From Eledone cirrhosa (Eukaryota): a DNA stretch of 64,000 bases. A program made the position numbers and the translations under genes. Below the pieces are notes generated by a model. That model was given only the letters and a program-made list of their open reading frames with translations. It ran no database searches and was not told the DNA's origin. Location of the stretch: NCBI GenBank assembly GCA_964016885.1, contig OZ024741.1:208258001-208322000 (forward strand), given 5' to 3'. Shown here in pieces: positions 38,376 through 50,500 of this stretch (the first letter of the stretch is position 1; each line of letters opens with the position of its first letter).

Positions 38376-40010
38376 TGTACAATACAATTAACAGAAGGCC
38401 ACTCATAACCTCCCAGCTAGTGTCCTGATTGATCGCTGACGCCGACAGTCATCTTATCAAAGATATCATGAAATACAAGTTATATCTCTAAACATTTCCT
38501 ATCCCAGCTTTTCATCCCAGTTTTCAAATAGGCAAATATGCCTCTTGTCGTGAATAATCGCTTCATTTTCCTTACCTTCTATATTATTTGAGACGGTAGT
38601 GAGATCAGCCATAATTAATTTTCTATGGAGCAGCAACGTCCTAAATTCCAGCAAGTATGGTTTATCTGCAATGGCACAAACTACTCAATACAGCTTCTAT
38701 ACCGAGTCATTGACATTTTCAAAGTTTTGGGATAAGACTCAAACACAGTTATCATATATCTGTTTTCAACGGAGGTAATCACAGTACTTTGTTGAAAAAT
38801 TATCCGATATTTGACACCAACAGAAACTACCACACTGAATTAAGTGTTTCCTGATAAACAAACAACGCTAATCTACTGACAGTTACCAACAAAGTAGGTG
38901 ACTGGATAGTACTTCAATCTGATAGAAATCATGTTTAATGGACAGAACAACATATTAATGTTTTTAAAAAAATTACATTTGAACTTATTCACTGTGAAAA
39001 CTAGGATGGTCTTAAAAGGCCATTTTCTCTTTCCGCTGGAGAATTTCTCATGGCGCCTAACCATTTCAGAGATATATAAATGCCGATTAACAACAGCCAC
39101 AGCTGGAGAGCTATCATAAACAAAAAAATTGATGTGTTTCGAATATGATCTCATCGGTACTCGGAGCTTTCCGGTCCAGAGACACAGATGTCATCATAAT
39201 TTTATTGTATATCTGTTAGACACGCAGTGACTAACAACAGAATGTTTTAAGTCTGCGTGTCTGACATATATGCGTAGCTTGTGAATAAAAAAATTCAAGG
39301 GGTGTCGCTGGCCGTGGTGATAATCGCTGCCAAACATGTTTTGTGATGTATCGTCTTATTGGCTAATTTCATCGTCTTATTGGTTAATTTCATCGTCTTA
39401 TTGGCTAATCAACCAACGAGAGTAATTGTTGCTCAAAAGCATCCGCCATTTTGTTTGCATGATTATTTATCGTTTCGCTTTCGAATCTTCCTCATGTATT
39501 TCGTCGTTTATCATCAAAATATTTTTTCTCGTTTTGGTAAGTTATATTGTTAATTTATATATGATTTTTAAAATTTATATTAACTATTTTATTTTCAGTT
39601 CGTTATAACATTCTTATAATATTGGTTGTATCATATTTACTTGTATATTTGTCCATATTATTGTTCCTTTTATGTTAGATTATTTTATTATTATTATGTT
39701 AGATTATTTTTTTTATTATTATGTTAGACTATTTGTATGTAATATTTAATTTTATTAATTCAACTATAACAATTATTATGTCAAATATATTTATTTAATA
39801 TTGATTGTTTTTTGTAGTTGTTTATATTAAAAGTTGAAAATATTTTAAGACATCTTACAATTATATTTATAAATTTAAGATCATTTATAAAATAACAATT
39901 ACATAATCTAATTACATTACAATGCACTGGGTAATTGCTGGCCTTGTGCCAAAAACTAGACACAATTAATATATATCATGTTTAACTAGAGTTATTATAA
40001 GCGCTGGATT

Positions 40011-40200
40011 GGCGGTGGATTGGCAGTATCGGTAGAGGGTCGCACGCCATGCTTTCCAGCACAGTTACGTCCCTTTACGGACTGAGTTCAAATCCCGCCG
40101 AGGTTAAATTTGCCTTTCATCCTTACGGGGTCGATAAAATAAAGTACCAGTAATACACTGGGATAATTGCTGGCATTGTGCCAAAAAGTAGAAACAGTTA
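40011..40200 (+). mobile_element. Full-length SINE (Nin/Deu-like family); others at 44093-44225(+), 46301-46488(-), 46533-46720(-), 47111-47300(+), 47314-47502(+), 58470-58640(-)
   Basis: GGCGGTGGATTGGCAG..CGG A-box region, GAGTTCAAATCC B box, shared core and tail. Confidence 0.9.
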
Positions 40201-40378
40201 TTACAAGCGTTGCCTTAAAAAAATATTAAACTATACCTGAAAAATGCGCAAGCTCAAAAGAGCCACAACATGTTATAATAAACCTTCAAAAGTGAGGGAC
40301 TAGAGTTGTTGCTCAAAAATAGTGTAATCATTATCTATCGTACACTCTGTGGCATGCTTTTATAAAAAAGAGACTCAT

Positions 40379-40526
40379 AACGAACTCAAGACGACACGAT
40401 AATTATTTAAGTGAATTTATAATATAGAATTCGGTTTAAGTGCATTTCGTATTAATCATTACTAAACATATAATATGAGATATTAAACATTAGCTTAAAT
40501 AATTATCGTGTCGTCTTGAGTTCGTT
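40379..40526. repeat. Inverted repeat (33-bp arms) with partial tail hairpin 40534-40579; likely PLE remnant
   Basis: AACGAACTCAAGACGACACGATAATTATTTAAG and its reverse complement. Confidence 0.7.
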
Positions 40527-41335
40527 TTGGTACGCTCTCATCATATAAAATACAAAATTTGTTTCATAACTGGTGATAGTTATAAATCTCCCGAGTCTTA
40601 CAATTAACCTGTTAATAATTTTATTGAGAGGTTAATTGCATAAGTTTATTTTAAAAACTACCCGGTTTAGTGCTTATTCGATTTGTGCTATTTATGCAAT
40701 TTTTTGCATGGTATACACATACTGAATTCATTTGCCAAAATCTGGGGGTTTTCTCCCTGTGAATTCCACATGTGCTTTTACTCGGCTCTGTGTCATTCAC
40801 AAATTTGGTACAGAGTAAAGTACCTGTTGATAACGTGATATTCCTTGTTCGATCATTATACCTAAAGCTTATAATTTTAAGCAGACAGTATTTTGATTTA
40901 GGTGTCATAGAAACTCTGCATTTGGATTTTAACATCAATTCCAATGGGTCCAGGTCAGTGTTTTTTATCATTTATTTTGTTTTGACCGGTTTAGGTTGAT
41001 TTTCTTTTTGGCTTAGGTGGTTGATGCTTTCTTGACCACTTTTTCAGTTTTGTATGGCGTTTTAACATATTGTTTGGCTCTGCTTTTTTAACTATGCTTG
41101 CCAGCATGTTTCTGAATTTTTGCCTTTCGTTTCGCTTTTTCTACCCGCCGAAATGCGATTCTCGCTGAATTTATATTTATATATATATATATATATATAT
41201 ACAAATGTAATCTGAGATTTTCGAATATTAATAATAACATTCGATTCGTTTGCAATTATGCAAACAAGCCTCAATTGTATAGCCATGTCAGTAGAATGAA
41301 CACTTCATTCTTGCTCTTGTGTTGGCATGCGAACA

Positions 41336-41385
41336 GAACTGCAGGCACTAATGTTTCTGGGTATCACCCTTCATCAGTACAGCTC
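41336..41385 (-). ncRNA. Hammerhead ribozyme, probably inactivated (GCC instead of GUC at the cleavage triplet)
   Basis: 8-bp stem I GAGCUGUA/UGCAGUUC, CUGAUGA, GGG/CCC stem II, GAAA. Confidence 0.75.
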
Positions 41386-41696
41386 ACTGTCACCTGCCAA
41401 ACTGTCAGAGCTAGTGAAAATATATGCTATTTTCAAAAATACTCAGTGACTGATCGGCCAGATTTGCATACTAGCAGACTGGATTATCAGTAAGATCTGC
41501 ATATTAGCAGATCCACTGATTTGCATATCATCAGACTGACTACTCAGTTTCCTGTATACGAGCGATAAATGGCTGGCTTTGCCAAATTCAAATAAAAAAG
41601 AAAATTTCGCTCTACATTGCTGAATACATTGTAATCTGAGTTTTTCTTCTTTTATATATATATATATATATATATAAGTGTATATATATATACATT

Positions 41697-41734
<38 letters not shown>

Positions 41735-41760
41735 AATACTTATATATAAATGTATATATA

Positions 41761-41843
<83 letters not shown>

Positions 41844-42439
41844 TGTTATATTTTATATATATATATATATATAGTATACTCAGCTGAAAATGAGTACTAG
41901 CAATAGCTGGGCCTTTAGTCTGCAATGAACTGGCGTCCTTTCCAGAGGGAAGTTTGTACTCTCAGTCACTTCACGCCATGAAACCGGGATAAGCACCGGC
42001 CAAATAAGCTTTCTGGCTTAAAACAGACTTTAGACTTATTTATAGTAGAATGGAATGATATTCTGTTAAATCGAACTACGCTTTAAGTAAGTAAATTTAT
42101 ACATCATGTAAAGAGGGTAGTTGATTTTATTTAACTGAGAAATCTCTATGAATGGATTAGCTCTGCTTCATTCGGTACAAATTTAGCGTGGGTACAAATT
42201 TAGCGTAGGTTACAATAAATATACGTACTCATAAAGTTATGAATTTTGTTTTGCTGTGAAATTAGTATCACAGGCATTTTCGACAGCTTGGGTTCAGGAT
42301 CGATCCGCCCATTTTCAGATGTATTTGCTAGACTGAAATACATAATAATAATGACTGTATATATTTATTCATAATCACAGTGCTTTAGTGTACAGTACCA
42401 ATTATTGCGTTAATCATAAGTTGTGTTTACACTTTAGCA

Positions 42440-43200
42440 AGGCAAGACGGGCAGATGATATAAACATCGTAGTTAAGACACCCCCACTAGAGAACAGTCA
42501 GGAACTAGAGAAAAACACAATGGAAAGCATCCAGCAAATAGCAAACTCCATCCACCAGAGCATTAGAGTTACTATAGACTACTCAAGTAAACACCCCAAC
42601 CATCGATTACCTGTACTAGACACAGAGCTCTGGTTAGATACCATTAACAACAAAAAACAAATCCTCCATTCCCATTATGCCAAACCCATGACTTCCAAAC
42701 ATCTGATCCACCGAAACTCGGCCGTTTCGGACCATACCAAAATCAACATACTGATTGCGGATTTGGTACGGGTGATGAGAAATGTGTCCCGCATGTGCAA
42801 CCCCGAAGAACTAGAGAGACACATACAACACTTCATCCACCGTATGCAGTTCTCTGGCTACAATCAGAGAGATAAAATCAGAGTGTATAGAGGAGCCAGA
42901 ACCAAATGGGAAAAAATGGTAAATAATGACATAAATGAGAGCAAATTTTGGAATAGAATAGAAAGAACTAGGAACAAGGCTAATAGAATACACTCATTGT
43001 ATGATAGCAATAAATACCAGAGTGTAATGTTCATCGATACAACCCCTAACGTTGCCTTTCATCTCACAGATGTGAGAAAAACCACAGACCCTCCATCTCA
43101 ACTCTACTTTTGAAAAGCAGAAGCACTGTGAAACCGGTAAAGGAACCAAATGAATATATATATTTTTTTTTTAAATAAGACTCCAGTTGCATTTTCGATT
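42440..43200 (+). mobile_element. PLE fragment from a non-Naiad lineage (RT motif E + thumb) joined to a pLTR with HHR at 43107-43142
   Basis: RLPVLDTELW..HYAKPMTS..HRNSAVSDHTKINIL..RVMRN..MQFSGY; UUGAAAA-GCAG/CUGU-GAAA-CCGG-UA. Confidence 0.8.
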
Positions 43201-43212
43201 TCACCTTTTTTT

Positions 43213-43242
<30 letters not shown>

Positions 43243-43247
<5 letters not shown>

Positions 43248-43432
43248 AACCAGTAAGACCCCGACAGCTGAGCTCAAGCCGTTTCGACGGCTAATTCTGA
43301 GAATTAGCCGTCGAAACGGCTTGAGCTCAGCTGTCGGGGTCTTACTGGTTCCTATTACCCACTCTACTACCTCAAGTATTGAGTACTTTGGTGCGTTATG
43401 GTCCACCTGGTTCCTTACCACATTTCCTTCGT
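43243..43432 (+). mobile_element. Perfect palindromic pLTR remnant (43243-43355) plus tail
   Basis: Half HHR GAAA-CGGCU/AGCUG-UC; tail hairpin 43361-43384. Confidence 0.82.
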
Positions 43433-43867
43433 TATATATATATATATATATATATTTAGAAATACACAGATACATGCGGACACACACATATACATGAATG
43501 CATCCGCACCCAACCGTGAGTTAAGGGTGCCAACTTCACCGATGTTGCTCAATGAATGACTGGGACAGACCAATCCGGTTGAATTAGACTGAACCAGTAT
43601 CAGAGTTAAAAATACATTATGAAGAGAGAAGAAACATTTAGATATAATTAGTAATAAAATGTATCATACCTAAACTGCTCCTAGATTCCTCGACTACGTA
43701 GTTTCGTGGCATAAACAAAAACAATACATCATAAAGATATAGAGTCCTTGCGAGGTCTGCCGACTTATCAAGAGGATACCTCATTTTACTAGTCTCAAGA
43801 ACGCGTCTACACGACGTGAGAAAGAATCCCAAAAGGCGGAGGGGGAGATAGTCACGCGATATAACGG

Positions 43868-43990
43868 TCGAGAAACAGAGCTAAGCCTCTTATAACCCCG
43901 AAGAAAATACCACGGAGGCGGAGGGGGTATTTATATCCGCCTCCGTGGTATTTTCTTCGGGGTTATAAGAGGCTTAGCTCTGTTTCTCGA
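43868..43990. repeat. Inverted repeat, ~55-bp perfect arms
   Basis: Directly visible; followed by ACTC..TAGAGT at 44002-44021. Confidence 0.8.
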
Positions 43991-44229
43991 GAGAAAAGAG
44001 TACTCAATTCCGAAGTAGAGTTTAAATATTCATTTTATTAAGGCTAAATATTACTCTTTGAGTTTCGGAGAGTGATAAACAGGCGAAACTCCATCCCGCC
44101 GGGGTTAACGTTGCCTTTCATCGTTACGGGATCGATAAAATAAAGTACCAGTCACGCACTGATGTCGATTTAATCGACTTTCTCCCGCCCCCCAAATTGC
44201 CGGCCTTGTGCTATATAAGAAAATATTAT

Positions 44230-44262
<33 letters not shown>

Positions 44263-44387
44263 AAGCAAAGAAAATTTCAGTGATAAGAAAGATTTCCTGG
44301 TATACTCCGGGTTGGTATCCAGTTTCGGCGTGAAAATCCAATAAAAAAAATACAACGAATTTGAGAGGGCTACATAATCGTTGATAT

Positions 44388-44778
44388 ATATGTATGTAAA
44401 AGGTAAACAGAAATAACAACACAATCGGTATAGTATATGGAAGGAATATATTAGGTTAACGTTTGAAATAGCAGGAAGAGGGTCTTAACGTTTTGGACGC
44501 TAGTCCTTCATCAGAAGAATGAATGAGAAAATAAGATAGATTGAAGGGAGAGATGTCAACATCAGTGGACCTGTTATTTTTATCTAAAGACAATTTTTCA
44601 ATTTCCAACCCACCCGTCCCTTCAATCTATCTTATTTCTCATTCTTTCTTCTGATGAAGGACTAGCGTCCGAAACATTAAGACCCCCCTTCCTGCTATTT
44701 CAAGCGTTAACCTAATATATTCCTTCCATATACTGTACCCATTGTGTTGTTATTTCTGTTTACCTTTTACATACATAT
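44388..44778. mobile_element. Palindromic pLTR pair (~160-bp arms) with minimal HHR at 44647-44682 (+)
   Basis: UCUU-CUGAUGA-aGGAC/GUCC-GAAAC(G/A)UU-AAGA. Confidence 0.85.
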
Positions 44779-44785
44779 ATATATA

Positions 44786-44846
<61 letters not shown>

Positions 44847-45153
44847 TCATGTGTACATTTGTAAGAGTAATTATGTATTTATGTGTGCGTTTGTATACAT
44901 GCATGTGCATTTGTATATTTATGTCTATACATGCGTGCATGTTTGCTGCAACACAGATCAGACGTTTTCTTCACGTGAGAATATTTATTTATTTTATTTA
45001 TTTATTTATTTATTTATCACGTCTGCAATTTGAGAATTTCCATCGGAAACCACTTGAGAAATTGTCAAAAAGGTTAGATAGTATGCCTTTCCCTGTTTGT
45101 TCTCAACTGAGAAAAGAACGTGAAAGCATGCACCCCATCTCCTTCTTTCTTTC

Positions 45154-45232
<79 letters not shown>

Positions 45233-45341
45233 TATATAAATTCATAGATATACTTGTAACTATACACATGTTCATATATGTATGTATGTACATGCACACG
45301 TGCACACACAAGCACATACACATGCACGTACACACACATCC

Positions 45342-45372
<31 letters not shown>

Positions 45373-45869
45373 CGTGCGTGTGTGTCTGTCTGTGTGTGTG
45401 TGTGTGTGTAAGATTGCATTTGTAAACTCATGGGAAAATTGCTCAATACAAAATTTGAGTATAATATTTATTTATTATATCTTTGAGACTCGCGATCACT
45501 CTAGAGGCGATTTCACAAGGTACAATATTATGGCGCCTTACATTGCCTGAACCAATGCATATACCCAGTACATCTTCCAGATATACTCTGTAAAATCTCC
45601 CCTAGTTACGCAATCAGCGAATAATCATAAACATCAGAGTAGTAACAGAGGGTAATATCAGGAATATCACACACACACACACATGAACACACATACACAC
45701 GCGCGCACACACACAGATAGGAACATAAATATATATACGTGTGTCAGAGTAGTAACATAGGGTATTCCCAGGAATACCATACACATACACACACACACAC
45801 ATGAACACACACACATACACACACGAACACACACACATACACACACATACACACACACATACACACACG

Positions 45870-45957
<88 letters not shown>

Positions 45958-45962
<5 letters not shown>

Positions 45963-46258
45963 AAACGAAAAATCAGTGATGCATCTGAACTCAATTTATT
46001 GTGTGTTGCAATTGTATCGCCGGCGGACAGCTCGAGACGTGATCATTGTGTGGGTCTGTCTGATTCTGGACCCACAGGTTCGCAGGTCCAAAATCAGACA
46101 GATCCACACAATGATCACGTCTCGAACTGTCCGCCGGCGACACAGTTGTAACACACAATAAATTGAGTTCAGATGCATCACTGATTTTTCGTTTTCTATT
46201 ATATCATACTCTGCTCAGAGAGTGCTCAACCGGCATACCGCCTATTGAAGCATCAGAC
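45958..46258 (+). mobile_element. Palindromic remnant (~115-bp arms, 45958-46199) plus tail
   Basis: IR with AATAAA in the right arm and hairpin 46208-46223; no canonical HHR core. Confidence 0.7.
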
Positions 46259-46488
46259 ACACACACACATATATATATATATATACAGATATAGATATAT
46301 AATTGTTTCTACTTTAGGCTCAAGGCCAGCAATTACCCAGTGCATTACTGGTACTTTATTTTATCGACCCCGTAAGGATGAAAGGCAAAGTCAACCTCGG
46401 CGGGATTTGAACTCAGATCGTAAAGGGACGTAACTATGCTGGAAAGCATGGCGTCCGACCCTCTACCGATACTGCCAATCCACCGCCC

Positions 46489-46537
<49 letters not shown>

Positions 46538-46727
46538 GTTTCTACTTTAGGCACAAGGCCAGCAATTATCCAGTACATTACTGGTACTTTATTTTATCGA
46601 CCCCGTAAGGATGAAAGGCAAAGTCAACCTTGGCGGGATTTGAATTCAGACCGTAAAGGGACGTAACTATGCTAGAAAGCATGGCGTCCAACCTTCTACC
46701 GATACTGCCAATTCACCGCCATATATA

Positions 46728-47092
46728 TAATAAACGACAGATATATGTTTTATATCCTCTCTATATATTTTATTATATATATTTCGAAGATGTAAAGTTG
46801 TATGTATAATATAAAGCAAAACATGTCCTCCTGAGACAAAATACATAGAACATGTATAATTTTTTCCAGATCAGTGACCAGCAGGCATATAACCAGAAAA
46901 ACAGCGCATAAGGGGTTTACGTGATTGGGAGAAAACGTTACAGTGGGTTTAAACGAAAAAATTATACATTTTCTATGTATTTTGTCTGAGGAGGACATGT
47001 TTTGCTTTATGTTATACATAAAACTTTACATCTTCGAAATATATATAATGAATAAATAGAGATGATATAAAGTATATATCTTTCGTTTATTA
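46728..47092. mobile_element. Palindromic pLTR pair with HHR at 46981-47052 (+)
   Basis: UUUGU-CUGAGGA-long stem II-GAAA-UAUAUA-UA|AUGAA. Confidence 0.82.
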
Positions 47093-47532
47093 CTATTATT
47101 AAATAAATGAGGGCGGTGGATTGGCAGTATCGGTAGAGAGTCGGACGCCATGCTTTCCAGCATAGTTACGTCCCTTTACGATCTGAGTTCAAATCCCGCC
47201 GAGGTTGACTTTGCCTTTCATCCTTACGGGGTTGATAAAATAAAGTACCAGTAATGCACTATTTAATTGCTGGCCTTGTGCCTAAAGTAGAAACAATTAT
47301 TATTAAATAAATGAGGGCGGTGGATTGGCAGTATCGGTAGAGAGTCGGACGCTATGCTTTCCAGCATAGTTACGTCCCTTTACGATCTGAGTTCAAATCC
47401 CGCCGAGGTTGACTTTGCCTTTCATCCTTACGGGGTCGATAAAATAAAGTACCAGTAATGCACTGAGTATTTGCTGGCCTTGTGCCTAAAGTAGAAACAA
47501 TTATTATTATTAAATAAATAAATAAATAATTA

Positions 47533-50500
47533 ATAAATAAAAATAAATAAAAAGAACCTGGAAACCATCCTTATAACAAATGAGGAATTACAGGAAGCAA
47601 AGAAGATGGTGACGAAAACCGGACACCGAGCAATCTGCAAGGCAGCCGAAAGATGTTTCGAAACTCAACAGCACTGTACGGTCACGTACCGTACAGTAAG
47701 CACAAAATCACGTAGGGTTGAAAGAGCCACAGAGGCTCAAATACAAAAACCTTAGGGTCTGTGTGACAGCGGAAAACGCATATCACCCGAGGCAAGAAAT
47801 ATGCCACCGTAGACGTGCTTTTTGCCACACCCCAGGAGGCAAAGGCACAATCCTTAGTGACCCTAAGGAGCGAGGAAATGGTGTTGGTGCCCTCCTACTG
47901 GGGGCAAAAGATCGTCAGGGTTAAACTCACCCGAGTCCCCTACCCCCCACCCCCGGGATGACCCCATCTTGGCTGGCCGCATCTGTCCTCGTCGGAATCG
48001 AGGACAAAACAACTGTACTGCAAGTACAAAAAAAGGTACGAGAAGATTGGGTCGGCGCCTCCATTGAGATGTTAATTCAAACCAACCAGGAGTGCATCGA
48101 AGCTATCCCGGATGTGATAGACTTCGATGACGGCACTCAACTTCCCATAAGTGTTGAGGCAAACGCCCGAAATGCTTTCGCTGTGGGTCGAAGACTCACC
48201 TCAGGGCCTTCTGCTATGATAAGACCCTGAGAAAGGAGAAAACCCCCTCCTTCCGAAACCGGCTCCACTGCTACCAGAAACAGGACAGGCGGCAAGCAGG
48301 AAGGATAGGTCCGTGGCACCCATACCCACGCCACGGAAATCAAGAACAGCAGCAGCAGTGGAAGTATTAACAACAACAACAGCAGCAGCAGTGGAAGTAT
48401 TAACAACAACAACAGCAGCAGCAGTGGTAGTATTAACAACAACAACAGTAATACCAACTGCAGCTGCAACAGACTCCACTGCAACCATCACCAACAAGAA
48501 CAAGTGAAAGAGTGGAGCTGGTACCACTCCCTGACCTCACAGAATCGGACATGGAGTGTGAGGTGGGAGAGGGATGGCAAAAGGTCGCAAGAAGGGACAA
48601 ACGCAGAAACAGCGCATCGTCGCCTTCAAAAATGGAGGGAAGAAATGAAAAAAGGGTAAAGGCTACTGCAAAGAGACTTACAGCAGCAACACCACGAAAC
48701 ACCATCACCACCCACACTAGCACTACCATCACAAGCGGCGGCAACCCTACCGCCAACAACAACAACACCTTCAACACCACCACCACAAGCACCAACATCG
48801 CAAACACAACAACAAAACACACACACCCACCAACAACGACTAGAAAATAGCAGAACCACACCCCACGCCAGAAAAGGAAATTCACAGCAATAAACACACA
48901 CAACAAGAAACTAATGACTTACATAATTGAACACACAGACATTTCACAGGCACGACTACATAATACCAGCACCAATCAAAACACCAACGAACATAAGTAA
49001 GAATATCACAGAAACAATACACAAACATTAAAATGAAATTCCCCAACGCAGTTGGTGATTTCAGAGACCTAGGAGGGACACTCAACCGGAGAGTATATTC
49101 GGGCATACTCACAGAAGAGCCAACGACCAGCCGAAGGGACGGTTCAACGGTCCCTTCACCAGACGATCAAGGTAAAGGATGCTTTCTCACTTGCCCCGTT
49201 CCTCACCCAACATGGCCGTATTCAGGATCGGAAGTGTAAACGTGCGTGGCTTGAGTTCGGTTTCGAAGCAGGGTCACTTGCTTAACGACCTCAGGTCACT
49301 AAACATAGATGTGGTGGCCATCACGAGACGAGAATCTCCGAAACGCAAGCCTTCGCACCGATCTTCGACGGTTACGAGGTATATGCATCTCCGAGCCGTC
49401 CGGGAACGGGGGGGGGGGGAGCGGAGTGGCTGTGTTGTTTCGGAAAGGCTTGGGTCTCGCCATACGGACCATCTTCCTGGACACAGAAGGTAAGTTGGTG
49501 GTGCTGGACGCAAGCGGCACCGAAGGCAACGCTTTCAGGCCAGTAGCCGTCTACGCCCCGACAGGGACAGGACGGCCAGATTTCTTTAGACGTCTAGAGA
49601 CCTTTCTTAGAACGTCCCGCTCTTTAGTGTTAGTGGGCGACTGCAACTGTATCTTGGATGCACGCTGGGATTGTGTGGGGCTAGTGGATAGGGGAGGAGG
49701 GTGCAAGAGCCTCACCAGCCTGCTCAGACGTTTTGAACTGTCTGACAGGTATCGACTGGATCACCCGAATGTGCCAATGTGGAGATGGACAAACCGCATC
49801 GGGTCATCCAGATCGTATCTCGATAGGGTATTCTGCAGAGAACTAGATAAGGCTAGTATAAGTTGTCCACAATTTAAAATAGTCGACTACACAGACCATA
49901 AATTTATGATCTGTGAGATCGAAATAGACAGACTCCATAGATAAGTGCCTGGTTACTGGAAGCTGAACGCGTCTTTCCCGGCGAGCAAAGCCTACAGAGA
50001 CCGGATTTACGTATTAGCGTATTAGTTAAGCGGGCGTATTACAGATTAGCGTATTAGTTAAGCGGGCGTTGACGGGAGCGGTCGTCAACAACAGGTGGTG
50101 GTTCGCCCTGAAAAGGGCAATTAAATTAGAGTCGATTAGGTTTAGCAAAGGACTAGTGATAGAGGAAAATAGAGTAGAGGGAGAGCTAGTCAGAAAGCTA
50201 GAAGAGGCGTTTAGGACAGGCATCGCAACCAACATGCTTGCGGCGAGATTGGCACTCGACCAATTCTTCAACGCAAAACACGAAGGCTGCGTTGTCAGAG
50301 CAAGAGCGCGTGCTCTGAAACATGAGGGGACAAAAGCCGTCCAATGGGCCCGGGTGGCAGAGGCGCAACGTGGCAATAAAGCCATATTTCGGTCTTTGTC
50401 TGACCAAAACAGGTGCGTGCTGCTTGAATCCGAGCAGATGTGTGAAGCTTTTCAGCAGCACTTTGCTGAACTGTTCGGGAGCAGCGGCGGGCCGGATCGG

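Noticed and set aside
38400-39300. Possible DNA transposase or host exon remnant
   Set aside because: No recognisable motif or terminal repeats by eye; needs a translated search
44730-44747. AUAC-UG..CA-UU-GUGU as another bulged tail hairpin
   Set aside because: Basal sequence departs from the consensus, the mirror arm breaks the upper stem, and it does not mark an element boundary
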